Assembly: GCF_006345805.1 (NCBI RefSeq) | Contig: NC_042997.1 | Coordinates: forward strand, 45,508,001-45,572,000 | Source: Octopus sinensis | Lineage: Eukaryota | DNA: 64,000 nucleotides | Direction of reading: 5' to 3' | Shown here: positions 48,780 through 60,779 of the stretch, piece by piece | How positions within the stretch are numbered: position 1 is the first letter of the stretch | Layout of the letters: each line of letters starts with the position of its first letter | Program-made: the position numbers and the translations under genes | The notes under the pieces: model-generated | Told to the model about the DNA's origin: nothing | Database searches by the model: none | Seen by the model: only the letters and a program-made list of their open reading frames with translations

Positions 48780-49322
48780 ATATTATTTTATATATACATT
48801 ATATTATATATATCATATATATATTATATTATACATATATATAACATTATAAAAATATATATAATATTATATATATACATTATATAACATGATATAATAT
48901 ATATATATATAAAATTTATATATAATATATATACACACATGATATATATATATATATAATATAGATATCTATATATATAAATTATATATGATATATATAC
49001 ACACATGATATAATATATATATAAATATATGATATATATATAAATTTATATATGATAATATACACACGATATATTATATATAAATAATGATATAATACAT
49101 AAATTTATATAGATAATAATACACACGATATATATATATATATATAATATATATAAAAGATATATATATAAAATATATGACTATATATATAAATTTATAT
49201 ATGATATATATACACACATGATATATATCTATATAATATATATATATAATGATATATATATAATATAAATATATAATATGATATATATATATAATTTATA
49301 TATGATATATATATATATATAC
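48780..49322. repeat. AT-rich higher-order minisatellite (about 55-65-bp unit)
   Basis: Recurring ATAAA(T)TTATATATGATA...TACACAC(AT)GATAT. Confidence 0.8.
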
Positions 49323-49557
49323 GATGTATATCCGGAAATCCTTCGTCACACCTCTGTGACCTCTTCAGCGACACTTTTCGTTTCCGTTTGTCCTCTTGAC
49401 TCCACTTACTCCGGATAATGGACATGAGTCAATTTAATGAAATAAAACAAAATAAACGAGTGAAGAACAAATATACAACAATATCTTTTTCATCACACAA
49501 TTTCTCATCAGGAATCTTGCAACACAAATGGCTAAAGTATATATATAATATATATAT

Positions 49558-49607
<50 letters not shown>

Positions 49608-49726
49608 TGTGTGGTGTGTGTGTTGTGTGTAATAAACATAGTCCATAGTCAATTTATAATTTTACTGAATAATTATGTGCTGACAAAATCAGCAGGCCAG
49701 GTGATGATAATGATATTATTATTATT

Positions 49727-50220
49727 AAGGTAGCGAGCTGGCAGCGGCGTTAAATGCTAACACCATTTCACTCATTTTTACCTTCTGAGTTCAAATTCCT
49801 CCGTGGTCGACTTTACCTTTCATCCTTTCGGGGTCGACGAAATTAGTACAAGTTGAACACTAGCTCCCCCGAACTAGTTCTCGTGCCAAAGTTTTAAATA
49901 GTTATTGTTATTATTCGGTCTTTCAAATCTGTTGGGACGCAGTCTTTGAATCGAGGGTTTACTGCGTTATTAAGCAATTGGGATCTCAATATAAAATTGC
50001 AACATTATTTAAGAATAACAATTCTTACTAACTTTGATACAATACCAGTAATTTTAGAGGGTGGGTGGGATTACATCGACTCGAGTACTGGACTGGTGCT
50101 TTATTTTTACTGACCCCGAAAGGATACAAGGCAAAATTGATCTCGGTTAGATTTGAACTCAGAGCGTAATGTTTCGGAAGAAACACCAGAAGGTATATTT
50201 TCTCATGCTCTAATAATTCT
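49727..50220. mobile_element. Two old family A SINEs in opposite orientation (49727-49900 +, 50050-50220 -)
   Basis: Family A motifs on both strands. Confidence 0.75.
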
Positions 50221-51019
50221 AATAATAAATTAACATTGCTTAAAAATAGAATACTGTCTCAATTTCCTTCCCGTTGTACAGCACATGTAGAGAAGTTTAA
50301 ATGACACTTTCCAGGATACTAAACCGGACAACTAATCAAATAACTTGCTATAATTCACTGTCAATTAGCACGAAAACATACTGTCAGAAACATACATCAT
50401 ATTTAAGTATTGTATCGTATAGCAGACACATATCCTTTAAATGAAACCCTCGATATGAAATAGGGAGGATAATTATGGCTTGGACGCTTTCTTCTATAGA
50501 CTTGCTCGATCAGAGCAAACCAGGTGTTAAACATCAACAAAGAGAACCTTTACAAACATCGACGGAACCTCTGAGCAACCACTGCATATGCGATACATTT
50601 CAGCCAAATCCCGACTCAAGCCGTAGCTCTACAATGGTTAAAAGAAAAAAAAGCAACGACGCCTTGAACAATTTAATCCATGTTATAAAAACATGACAGG
50701 TAGGTCAAGGCTAAAACGCCTTTATTCATACGTCTGTTTCATCCCGACTATCAACAGTAACAATTATAATATATTACATATATCTTAAAATAATTCTTTT
50801 GACATCAGGACTTCCTTCCGTTTCCACAGCACATGTGCGTGGGAGTAAACGTATACAGGAATAAAAATAAAAGCGTAAGGCACCGAGAGAGAGTAAGAGG
50901 GGTAGGAAATTTTGGAAGCCGAACCAAAGATATAAGAAAAAAGTTGTTTCAATAGAGAATAGTATAAAATCTAATGTTAGTTGGGGAGATGTAACGAAGG
51001 AGGAAGAGGAGAAAAGAAT

Positions 51020-51270
51020 ATTGAAACATATTCTTCAATGGAAAGCGAAAAAAGCAATACACAATACACACACACAGCAAATGATCAGAGAAGTTAAAGA
51101 GAGGGGGGCTGCACGGAAAGCAAGAGTCCATCCGGGTCCTGACTGCTATTACATGCCCTCATTGTAACCGTGGGATTTCAAGCTAAAACTGACCTAATAA
51201 GCCACCACAGGACCCACAAAGTGTAAAGATGCTAATCTGGTCATTTTCAGAGACATGAAAGACCAACGTC
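51020..51270 (+). pseudogene. 3' end of an RTE (BovB-like) LINE with C-terminal C2H2 finger
   Basis: ITCPHCNR/GFQAKTDLISHHRTHKV* (one-base frameshift), then GGTCATTTTC-type 3' UTR. Confidence 0.75.
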
Positions 51271-51764
51271 ATGAATACTATGTACACTTTATCGTCCAAA
51301 TCGAAATCAAAATTACGTTTGGCTGAGTTGCTTTGTGAAGTTTCTTTCTCAGCTACTTTTATTTAAAAATATATAAACAAAAACCCCGGATAAAATAAAA
51401 TTTTAATGCTTAGTAACAATAATATGCTGTAAAAGAAATTTATAAGCATGACAAAAAATATATAACACCCACGGTAGTTCTGCAAAAACTGCATGACACA
51501 AATATGCATAATATCAAATCTGCCACGAAGTTCGACAGTTTAATTATTATCTCTTATCATTACTTACTAACAGGAAAAGAAGAAGAAAAAAAAAAAGCTC
51601 ATACGTCATGTGGGCAACATGTTGACTGTCACATGAACTTTTTTCATTTATTTATCATGATTGACGTATTTATAGATAACATAGATGAACTTTTATTAAG
51701 ATAAAAGTGTTAAAAAAAAAAGGGAAATATTAAAATATACTGGATTAAAATAAAGCAAAGAGGA

Positions 51765-53600
51765 CTCTGCAGTCAGTTGAACTCAGAACCAAGGAGAATA
51801 AAGCCAAACACTGTAAACAGGGCCTTTAAAGACAGGAAGGGATTCAACTGGTACATCAATCAGGGGACTAAAGAACTATGAAAAAAAAGGCGGATATTTG
51901 TCGAGGCTTTCATTAAAAACGGGAAAAGAAGGACCTTCAGAGCCCAAATTAATTTTGTGAGTACTCCCTTTTCCTTAGGCCGTGATCCGAAAGCAGCCTC
52001 GCTTTAAAATTAATATATTGGATCAAAATAAATTATCTACTCTTGTGTTATGAGTCCTAACCCTTAACTTCCAATTGTAGCATATCATACACAGATTTCT
52101 ACGGTATAGGCGCAGGAGTGGCTGTGTGGTAAGTAGCTTGCTAACCAGCCACATGGTTCTGGGTTCAATCCCACTGCATGGCATCTTGGGCAGGTGTCTT
52201 CTGCTATAGCCCCGGGCCGACCAATACCTTGTGAGTGGATTTGGTAGACGGAAACTGAAAGAAGCCTGTCGTATATATGTATATGTATATGTATATGTAT
52301 GTGTGTGTGTGTTTGTGTGTCTGTGTTTGTCCCCCTAGCATTGCTTGACAACCGATGCTGGTGTGTGTTTACGTCCCCGTCACTTAGCGGTTCGGCGAAA
52401 GAGACCGATAGAATAAGTACTGGGCTTACAAAGAATAAGTCCCGGGGTCGATTTGCTCGACTAAAGGCGGTGCTCCAGCATGGCCGCAGTCAAATGACTG
52501 AAACGAGTAAAAGAGTATATAGACGCACAGAAACATGCACAAATAAATCCCCAATTTCAAACTTATCGTCACCAAACAAGCTTTCTTTAAGCTAGTGTAT
52601 CCACGATAATGTATGTGCGCAAGGTAGTATGTATATATATGTCTGCATTATAAAATGTTGAGTAATTTCCACACCATTCGAAGTCTCGAAGGCGCACTAA
52701 TTTGCATCTGCATCTTCAGATGTACGGCTGAAAGATGTAGTCGTAAATCTGCGCCTACGAAACCGATTAATAAGGCATTTGCAAACGTTTGTTCATCAAC
52801 CTATCAACCCACATACGTTAACAGACACTCACACACAGCTTCAAAATGTTAATCCTTATAGATAATCGCTTTTGCTGTTAACCATAGATTAGCCCTGATT
52901 ACACCAGCTTTTGATTAAATACCGTTCTTCAAGATACTGTAGTTTTTTCAGACGATATGATGTGATTTGAGTGATATTTAGCCATTATTTCGGGCGACTA
53001 CACAGAAGCCACCTCATTGGTTCATCATAGTTAATTCACAGTTTTCATTTTTATTCATTCTATTTTCCTCAAAAGCAATAATGGACTGATCAAGTATTTT
53101 AGATTCTTTCTTTCGTTGGGAAGCGAAATAGTACTTGTTGCACTAGGTTGGCCGAAAACACACACACGCACACTTAGTCACCGAGTACGACATTCATCAA
53201 TAGAGAGATACCACAATAATGATTTCTTGTTTTTGAGGTCAAGGCCGATTGCTAAACGTGAGGACAATGGTCGATTACATCAACATTGTACATTATTAAC
53301 TTGTACTAATGTTATTATCGATCACAAGATATATATAAAGCAAAGATGACTCTGCAATCAGTTGAACTCAGAACCAATGGGGGACAAAACCGAACAATGT
53401 GAACAGGGCCTTTAAGAGCAAGATAGGGATTCAGTCGGTACATCGATCCGGGGACTAAAGAGCCATGAAAAGACCTATGAATATTTGACGATGCCTTCAT
53501 ATTACAAACGGGGCCGGAGGAGACCTCAGAGCCCAAATTAATTTTGTGAGTACCCCATTTCCACCAGGCCGGGATTCCGAAAACAGTCTTGTTTTAATTT
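51765..53600 (+). repeat. Two diverged about 250-bp direct repeats (51765-52010, 53347-53600)
   Basis: Shared ACTCTGCA.TCAGTTGAACTCAGAACCAA, AACAGGGCCTTTAA, GGGGACTAAAGA, CAGAGCCCAAATTAATTTTGTGAGTAC. Confidence 0.85.
52108..52517 (+). mobile_element. Family B SINE
   Basis: Near-consensus. Confidence 0.9.
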
Positions 53601-53848
53601 ACAAAATGTCTCTTAGAAGCTTTAACTAACAATGAATCATTAATTTCGAGGGTGTATTGTCTTTGTCATATGAGTTGAAGAGAGAGCCTCAACGTTGTCA
53701 TCCAGTCTGCTAGAAATTGTAGCTAAACTCCCTCATATTACCAATGGTTTAAGTAAAAAAGAAAGATGCATTGAATGATTTGTTACTCGGTACAGTATAT
53801 CTGAGAAAGATATATCTGTGAGTTGGTAACGGCTGGAATGAGCTAGAT

Positions 53849-54108
53849 CAGAGCTGGCGAACCTGAGGCCCGCTTCACACTTTCTTGCAACATTTTAAAA
53901 ATTTTATCAAAAATTAAAGATTGCAATGAAAAGTGGCAATAAATCAATAACCTAAAATTATATAATTTTAAACAAAGGAAAAGTATGAAAATTTCTTGAT
54001 TCTGTAATTTGATTATTTGATTATTAGGGCATAAAGTATACAAGCGGCTCTCAAAATACTTTCTGTGATTAAGGTGGCCTGCAATGTAATTCGAGTTGGC
54101 CAGGCCTG
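53849..54108. mobile_element. Old hAT MITE, 260 bp
   Basis: TIRs CAGAGCTGGCGAAC and rc CAGGCCTGGCCAAC (11/14); flanking 8-mers agctagat/gtcgagat match 5/8. Confidence 0.6.
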
Positions 54109-54503
54109 GTCGAGATCATAGCTCTGTTCTACTAGAGCTGCCTTAGGACTAAATGTCAATAATCTAGGAGCCAACATGGGGGGGGGGGCAGATTGCCCCC
54201 CCACGTAGAAGTTCTGCATGGTCAGTCGATTTGCTAGTAAAAGTAGGCAAATCAGCTTCATATCACACCATAGTCAAGAAACATAAAAATGAAGGAAATA
54301 CTCGTTAGATAATATAGTCCGGAATGCACTCTGTCCAGAAAAAGAAGACTAACCGCACCTGGAATGCTTTCGAGTACAGACAGATCTGCTCAAGAAATAA
54401 GGGTTAAACGACGACGGAAATAATCAAGACACAGCGAAGGGACCCCAACGTAATCACTGACCCTATGAAAAATGACAGCCAAATCTCCCTTCTCTATATA
54501 TAG

Positions 54504-54722
54504 CAGTGCTTTTCAAACTTTTTGCTGGAGCGGAACCCCAAGAAAACATTTCACTGGCTCGAGGAACCCCTGTGCAATAATTTAATTGTCCTATGCACAC
54601 ATATCTGCACAGGAGAATTTAAAATTACTGCCGATTTTAGCATTTTTGTAACTTCTTGCGGAACCCCTGGACTGTACTGGCGGAACCCTAAGGTTCCGCG
54701 GAACCCTGGTTGAAAACCACTG
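54504..54722. mobile_element. hAT (Charlie-like) MITE, 219 bp, perfect 8-bp TSD
   Basis: TIRs CAGTGCTTTTCAAAC and rc CAGTGGTTTTCAAC; ATATATAG at 54496-54503 and 54723-54730. Confidence 0.95.
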
Positions 54723-55071
54723 ATATATAGTCTTAAAAAAGAACGAGATATTGGTTACAGTAACCTTAGATACATCACAACTAGAATGCTTCTGATCAAA
54801 GGTCTGTTTGATTGGTACAAATCTATCCTATTTAATTGTAAAAGGAATGACATACTGGTTATTGTAATGCAAGGTATACCATAAACGAAATAAAGAGTCA
54901 AGGCTAGAACACCGTCGATCAAAGGCCTGGCCGATCAGGGGTTAAACAACAAGGTAATAAGTGGGTCATAATCGATTTAAGTGACTCCTGTATTTAACTG
55001 GTATTTCATCGATCTAGGAAAGTAGAGAGCCCAAATTAGCTTCGACGGTATTCGAACGCACTCTCTCTCTC

Positions 55072-55452
55072 TCTTTACTCTTTTACTTGTTTCAGTCATT
55101 TGACTGCGGCCATGCTGGAGCACCGCCTTTAGTCGAGCAAATCGACCCCGAGACTTATTCTTTGTAAGCCCAGTACTTATTCTATCGGTCTCTTTTGCCG
55201 AACCGCTAGGTGACGGGGACGTAAACACACCAGCATCGGTTGTCAAACAATGCTAGGGGGACAAACACACACACATACATATACATATATACGACAGGCT
55301 TCTTTCAGTTTCCGTCTACCAAATCCACTCACAATGCATTGGTCGGCCCGGGGCTATAGCAGAAGACACTTGCCCAAGATGCCACGCAATGGGACTGAAC
55401 CCGGAACCATGTGGTTGGTTAGCAAGCTACTTACCCCACAGCCACTCCTGGG
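55072..55452 (-). mobile_element. Family B SINE
   Basis: Reverse complement of the consensus. Confidence 0.9.
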
Positions 55453-55796
55453 CCTATAGCGATTAGTATTATAAACTGAATGACGCTGTAGTGTAGCTAA
55501 AAACAGAAAGTAAAAACGGTCTTTTTTATGTTGTCTTTTCACGAATTTTCCAATTCCAGATTGCGCTGGAATTAACTTTCATGTTTTTCTTCCCCGACCA
55601 ATTCGACAGGTTTGACAAAATCTGAACGAAACAAATATTGTTCGAAAATATCTCGTCTTGTGTCAATGTAGAAATACAATCACAAGAAAGTGAGGGAATA
55701 ACTTCTGATTTTGTTGCTTAGACCCAAGTTTGACTTCGATTGAATAAAGTTATGGGAGCAAGCAACCCTCTTTCATTATGTGTGTGTGTGTGTGTG

Positions 55797-55829
<33 letters not shown>

Positions 55830-56174
55830 TGTATACCCTTCCTCATTTCAAGGCGGCAAGGTTGAGATTTGAAATATTTTCGACTGTTATTACTGATAAT
55901 TCGAGCTACAGCGAAGAAGCTCCCTCGTTTATTCGAAGTAACAAACAGATGGTAGTTTCTCATCCAAACAAACAGTGTTCATATATAATGTGTGTATGTG
56001 TGTCTGTGTTTGTGTGTGTGTTTAAGCTGTAAAATAGATGCACACTCATAATACTCGAAAATCTATAAACTGTGATTCCATTTACTCAAACTTCAGGAAT
56101 TAGCGTTTTGGATAAAAACAAAACAAGGGCGGGGAGAACTACCCAAAAGATATAAAGAACGTATGTAAATAACG

Positions 56175-56230
56175 ATAGATAGATAGACAGAGACAGCCAG
56201 ATAGAAACAGATAGATAGACAGACAGGCAG

Positions 56231-56277
<47 letters not shown>

Positions 56278-56314
56278 CAGCCAGATAGAGACAGATAGAC
56301 AGACAGACAGGCAG

Positions 56315-56381
<67 letters not shown>

Positions 56382-56490
56382 CAGCCAGATAGATAGATAG
56401 ATAGATGGATAGATAGAGAGATAGATAGATAGATAGACAGACAGCCAGATAGATAGAAGGATTGGCTGAGAGTGAAAGAGACACAGAGAT

Positions 56491-56535
<45 letters not shown>
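56175..56535. repeat. (GATA)n/(GA)n microsatellite with a duplicated GACA-variant block
   Basis: ACAGCCAGATAGA.ACAGATAGA...CAGACAGGCAGAGATAG occurs twice. Confidence 0.9.
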
Positions 56536-56541
<6 letters not shown>

Positions 56542-56886
56542 GAGGGAAAAAGAGAAAGAACGAAAGAGGAAGACAGGTGAAAAAATAACAAAAACAAAAC
56601 AAACGATAGTGAAAGAGAAGGAAGATAAGATACTGATCAAGAGAAGCAACATAGATATTGAACGGGAGGAGAGAAAAAAAAGTTAAGCGAGAGACTATTT
56701 TCCCCTCCAGTTCAGACTATCAAACAATCGATTCTCCAGCGATACATATATATTTATACCAGCACGACACTTGTACGTATGTTCTGTATATATGTATGTT
56801 GTGTATAAGAAAAGTGTACAAATGAAAAAACAGAGAAAACGTAGGTTTGTTTATACAACATAACCATAACACACAGACACACATAA

Positions 56887-56939
<53 letters not shown>

Positions 56940-57224
56940 GCATACACAAACACACTCGCCCATACATATTTATCGCATATACACTCATATGTTCATGTCT
57001 CTGGTGACATTGTTGTGATGGGTGTGTATAAATAGTGACGTATGTTGAATAAGGAGAAAAAAAAATGATTTGCAATTATATGGGAGAAAATAGAATCTCA
57101 CACACACATACACACACACGCTCATAATTAGTTTGCGTGAAGGGGGCCGAGCGAGGTAGAGATGAGGAAAACTAGTAATCGAGAAGTAAACAGAGAAAGA
57201 AATCGCACATTGTGATTATGTGTT

Positions 57225-57258
<34 letters not shown>

Positions 57259-57399
57259 GAAGAGAGAGAGAGAGAGAGAGAGGAAGAGAGAGAGAGAGAG
57301 GAAGAGAGAGAGAGAGATAAGGTGTACAAAATTCAATCCTGTGTCTTCACGATCTCATAATTAACAGTGTTGAAAATAAGTAAAAATTTAATTAATATA

Positions 57400-57659
57400 G
57401 TACATACATACATACATTACACACACACATATAGACACTAACACATATATAAACATACATACACACACTCAGACATATATATACACACATATCCGCATAT
57501 ATAAACATGTATAGACGTATACACATATGCATACACATACATCTATAGACATATATACATATATATATATATGCATAAACATGCATATATATATACATAG
57601 ACATATATATATATATATATATGCACATATATACACACATATATATATACATACATACA

Positions 57660-57695
<36 letters not shown>

Positions 57696-57967
57696 CATAC
57701 ATATATACATACATACATATATACATATATACATATATATATACATACATACATATATATATATATACATATATACATACATATATACATACATACATAT
57801 ATACATATATACATATATATATACATACATACATATATACATATATACATATATATATACATACATACATATATACATACATACATATAGATATATACAT
57901 ACATACATGTATGTATATATATATATACATATATACATACATACATATACATATATACATACATACA

Positions 57968-58029
<62 letters not shown>

Positions 58030-58280
58030 CATACATACATACATATATACATACATACATATATATATACATACATATATACATACATACATATATACAT
58101 ACATACATAATATATATATACATACATATATACATACATACATATATACATACATACATATATATATATATACATACATATATACATATATATATATACA
58201 TACATATATACATACATATATATATATACATATATACATACATACATATATATATATACATATATACATACATACATATA

Positions 58281-58321
<41 letters not shown>

Positions 58322-58428
58322 ATACATACATATATATATATACATATATACATACATACATATATAATATATACATACATATATACATACATACATATAC
58401 ATATATACATACATATATATACATATAC

Positions 58429-58461
<33 letters not shown>

Positions 58462-58476
58462 CATACATACATATAC

Positions 58477-58509
<33 letters not shown>

Positions 58510-58590
58510 CATACATACATACATACATACATACATACACATACATACATAGACATATATATATATTATTCACATACATACATACGCGTG
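57400..58590. repeat. About 1.2-kb degenerate (CATA/TA)n array; source of the 337-395-aa spurious ORFs
   Basis: Near-pure A/C/T simple repeat. Confidence 0.95.
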
Positions 58591-58691
58591 CGCACGTACC
58601 TATAAAATGAAAGAAAAAATAAGCAGCACTTTTTTAAAGAATATAATTAAGAATCGCTATCTCTATTATCTGAACATACAAATGTGTGTGT

Positions 58692-58775
<84 letters not shown>

Positions 58776-58930
58776 CGTGTGTGTCGTTCGTTCATATTCA
58801 ACAAAGAGATATCAGAGAAAGAAGTATTAATGAATCCGGCGATACGAGAACTCCCTCCCACCCTCATCTCTTCGGTCTTCTTTTATAGAACTCGTACACG
58901 TAAAGAAGCATTGCTTTCTTCACTGGTTTA

Positions 58931-58961
<31 letters not shown>

Positions 58962-58979
58962 CACACACACGTAACGAAT

Positions 58980-59225
58980 TGTTGTTTTAGCACCATGTCT
59001 GTCCTCGTTGACCAGGTCTATGATCAAAGACATTCTAGCCGTGACGTCCCATCGATTACCCACTACCGATTTCCCCCCACTTTAGACATTGTGTATGACG
59101 GAATACACTACCCAATGTGTTCTTCATTCTTTCCTTCCTTCCTAAAAGACCGTAGTCTGTGATTTCGAGGATGATTTAGCTGCTATTTCTAGCAAGTCAA
59201 ACGACCACGTAGAACCCCTACTTTG
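58980..59225. mobile_element. Old dispersed repeat family E (pieces also near 8050-8180, 46200-46260, 52850-52990, 54290-54955, 59700-59745, 61175-61450)
   Basis: Shared CTATGATCAAAG.CATTC.AGCCGTGAC and GATTT.GCTGCTATTTCTAGCA.GTCAA.CGACC motifs with (AAC)n-like end. Confidence 0.65.
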
Positions 59226-59980
59226 CTAGTAGTATACGTGTACGTACGGGTTGGTTGACTAACGTGTGTTATGTATGTATGTATATTACCAGGCTGGTGT
59301 ACGTACGGCTTGGTTGATAAACATGTCTAAGGATGGGTTTGTAAACATGTGTAAAGTAGAGAAATGACAAAAGTGTGTGTACGTACGAACTGGTTAGCAA
59401 ATATAACGCAATGGTTGACTGGTAAACGTGTAAGCAGTATTTTGGTAAATGTGTGTAATACCCGTTGGTAAACATGTATACACATATATAAATTGGTTGA
59501 TAAACGAACAACAACAAAAAAACGGTTATTTAGCCCGCGATTTGATCGAGATGGCATATACAATCGAAATCAAAGGCATTGCAACCGTGACCAATACAAA
59601 TTTTATTCAAAAACAGTATATTCAGAGGACTATATGATCAAATATGTCCTTCCTTCCTTCCTTTTTTTTTTAAAACAATAAGGTGTGATATAAGAAAGCT
59701 TCGACTCTTATTTCTAGCAATCGATCGACCACGTAAAAGTCTCCATCGTTCGCTCGCCGAGTTGTATGTAGTGCAATGCATGTGGAACTTTGAATCTGTT
59801 TGAATGAATGTACGTACGTGTTGATGGCATCGCACGAGAACACGTTTTTTTTCTTTCTGATCTGCACACGGCAGTTTCGATGTACATACACGCGGGCAAG
59901 TGCACGCATGTTCGTGTATACCTTCGAGATTACACACATATATGAATATATATACAAACATATACATACATGTGTGTGTG

Positions 59981-60033
<53 letters not shown>

Positions 60034-60034
60034 G

Positions 60035-60155
60035 ACTTTGCCTTTCATCCTTTCGAGGTCGATAAATTAAGTACCAGTTACGCACTGGGGGTAATGTAAT
60101 CGACTTAAACCGTTTGTTTGTCCCCTCTGTGTTTAGCCCCTTGTGGGTAGTAAAG

Positions 60156-60160
<5 letters not shown>
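60035..60160 (+). mobile_element. 5'-truncated family A2 SINE
   Basis: GACTTTGCCTTTCATCCTTTCGAGGTCGATAAATTAAG plus A2 tail. Confidence 0.85.
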
Positions 60161-60218
<58 letters not shown>

Positions 60219-60747
60219 GTAAGTACATTTTTGTGTTATCGTCAGTACGCAGACACATGGCCGATAGGTTAGTTCGCTTCGCAATCACGAGATCGCGGGT
60301 TCGTTTCTGGTGCTTGGCAACGTGTTTGTCTTTTATCATAATCTGGACTGAAGTAACTCAAGTACTGTGAGTGAAAGAAAAAACAAACAAAAAAAAAACA
60401 ACAACATAAGATGAACGGAAACCATGGAAGCCCCTCGGATTTACGATTGGACATGTGATTTAAAGGGAGGCGCTTTTCACATTTTCACACACTTCTTTCG
60501 CAGGGACTCTGCCCCTGGACTACGTTAAAACTACAAGTGTTTACGGAATACTCAGCCACTTAACCTACAATCAAGCCAGTTAGTAGTCCAGCTGATGGAA
60601 CAACTGCCGAACCCATCGTTGAAGCCGACGGGGGTCCATTTTACTTACAATCTCTATGTCGTAATCTACACATGCGAATGTGTTTGTGTGTTGATTGCAT
60701 GCGCTGTGGTGTGGATAGATGTATAAATATGCTGTACGAGTGCGCTG

Positions 60748-60779
<32 letters not shown>

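Noticed and set aside
49322-49385. Hammerhead-like CTGAAGA-GTCAC/GTGAC-GAAG on the minus strand
   Set aside because: G at 15.1, no valid NUH site and no coherent stem I.
57392-58579. Longest ORFs in the track (337-395 aa)
   Set aside because: Translations of a (CATA/TA)n array; no stops arise from the repeat on those frames. The same applies to most YIYI, VCVC and LSLS ORFs.
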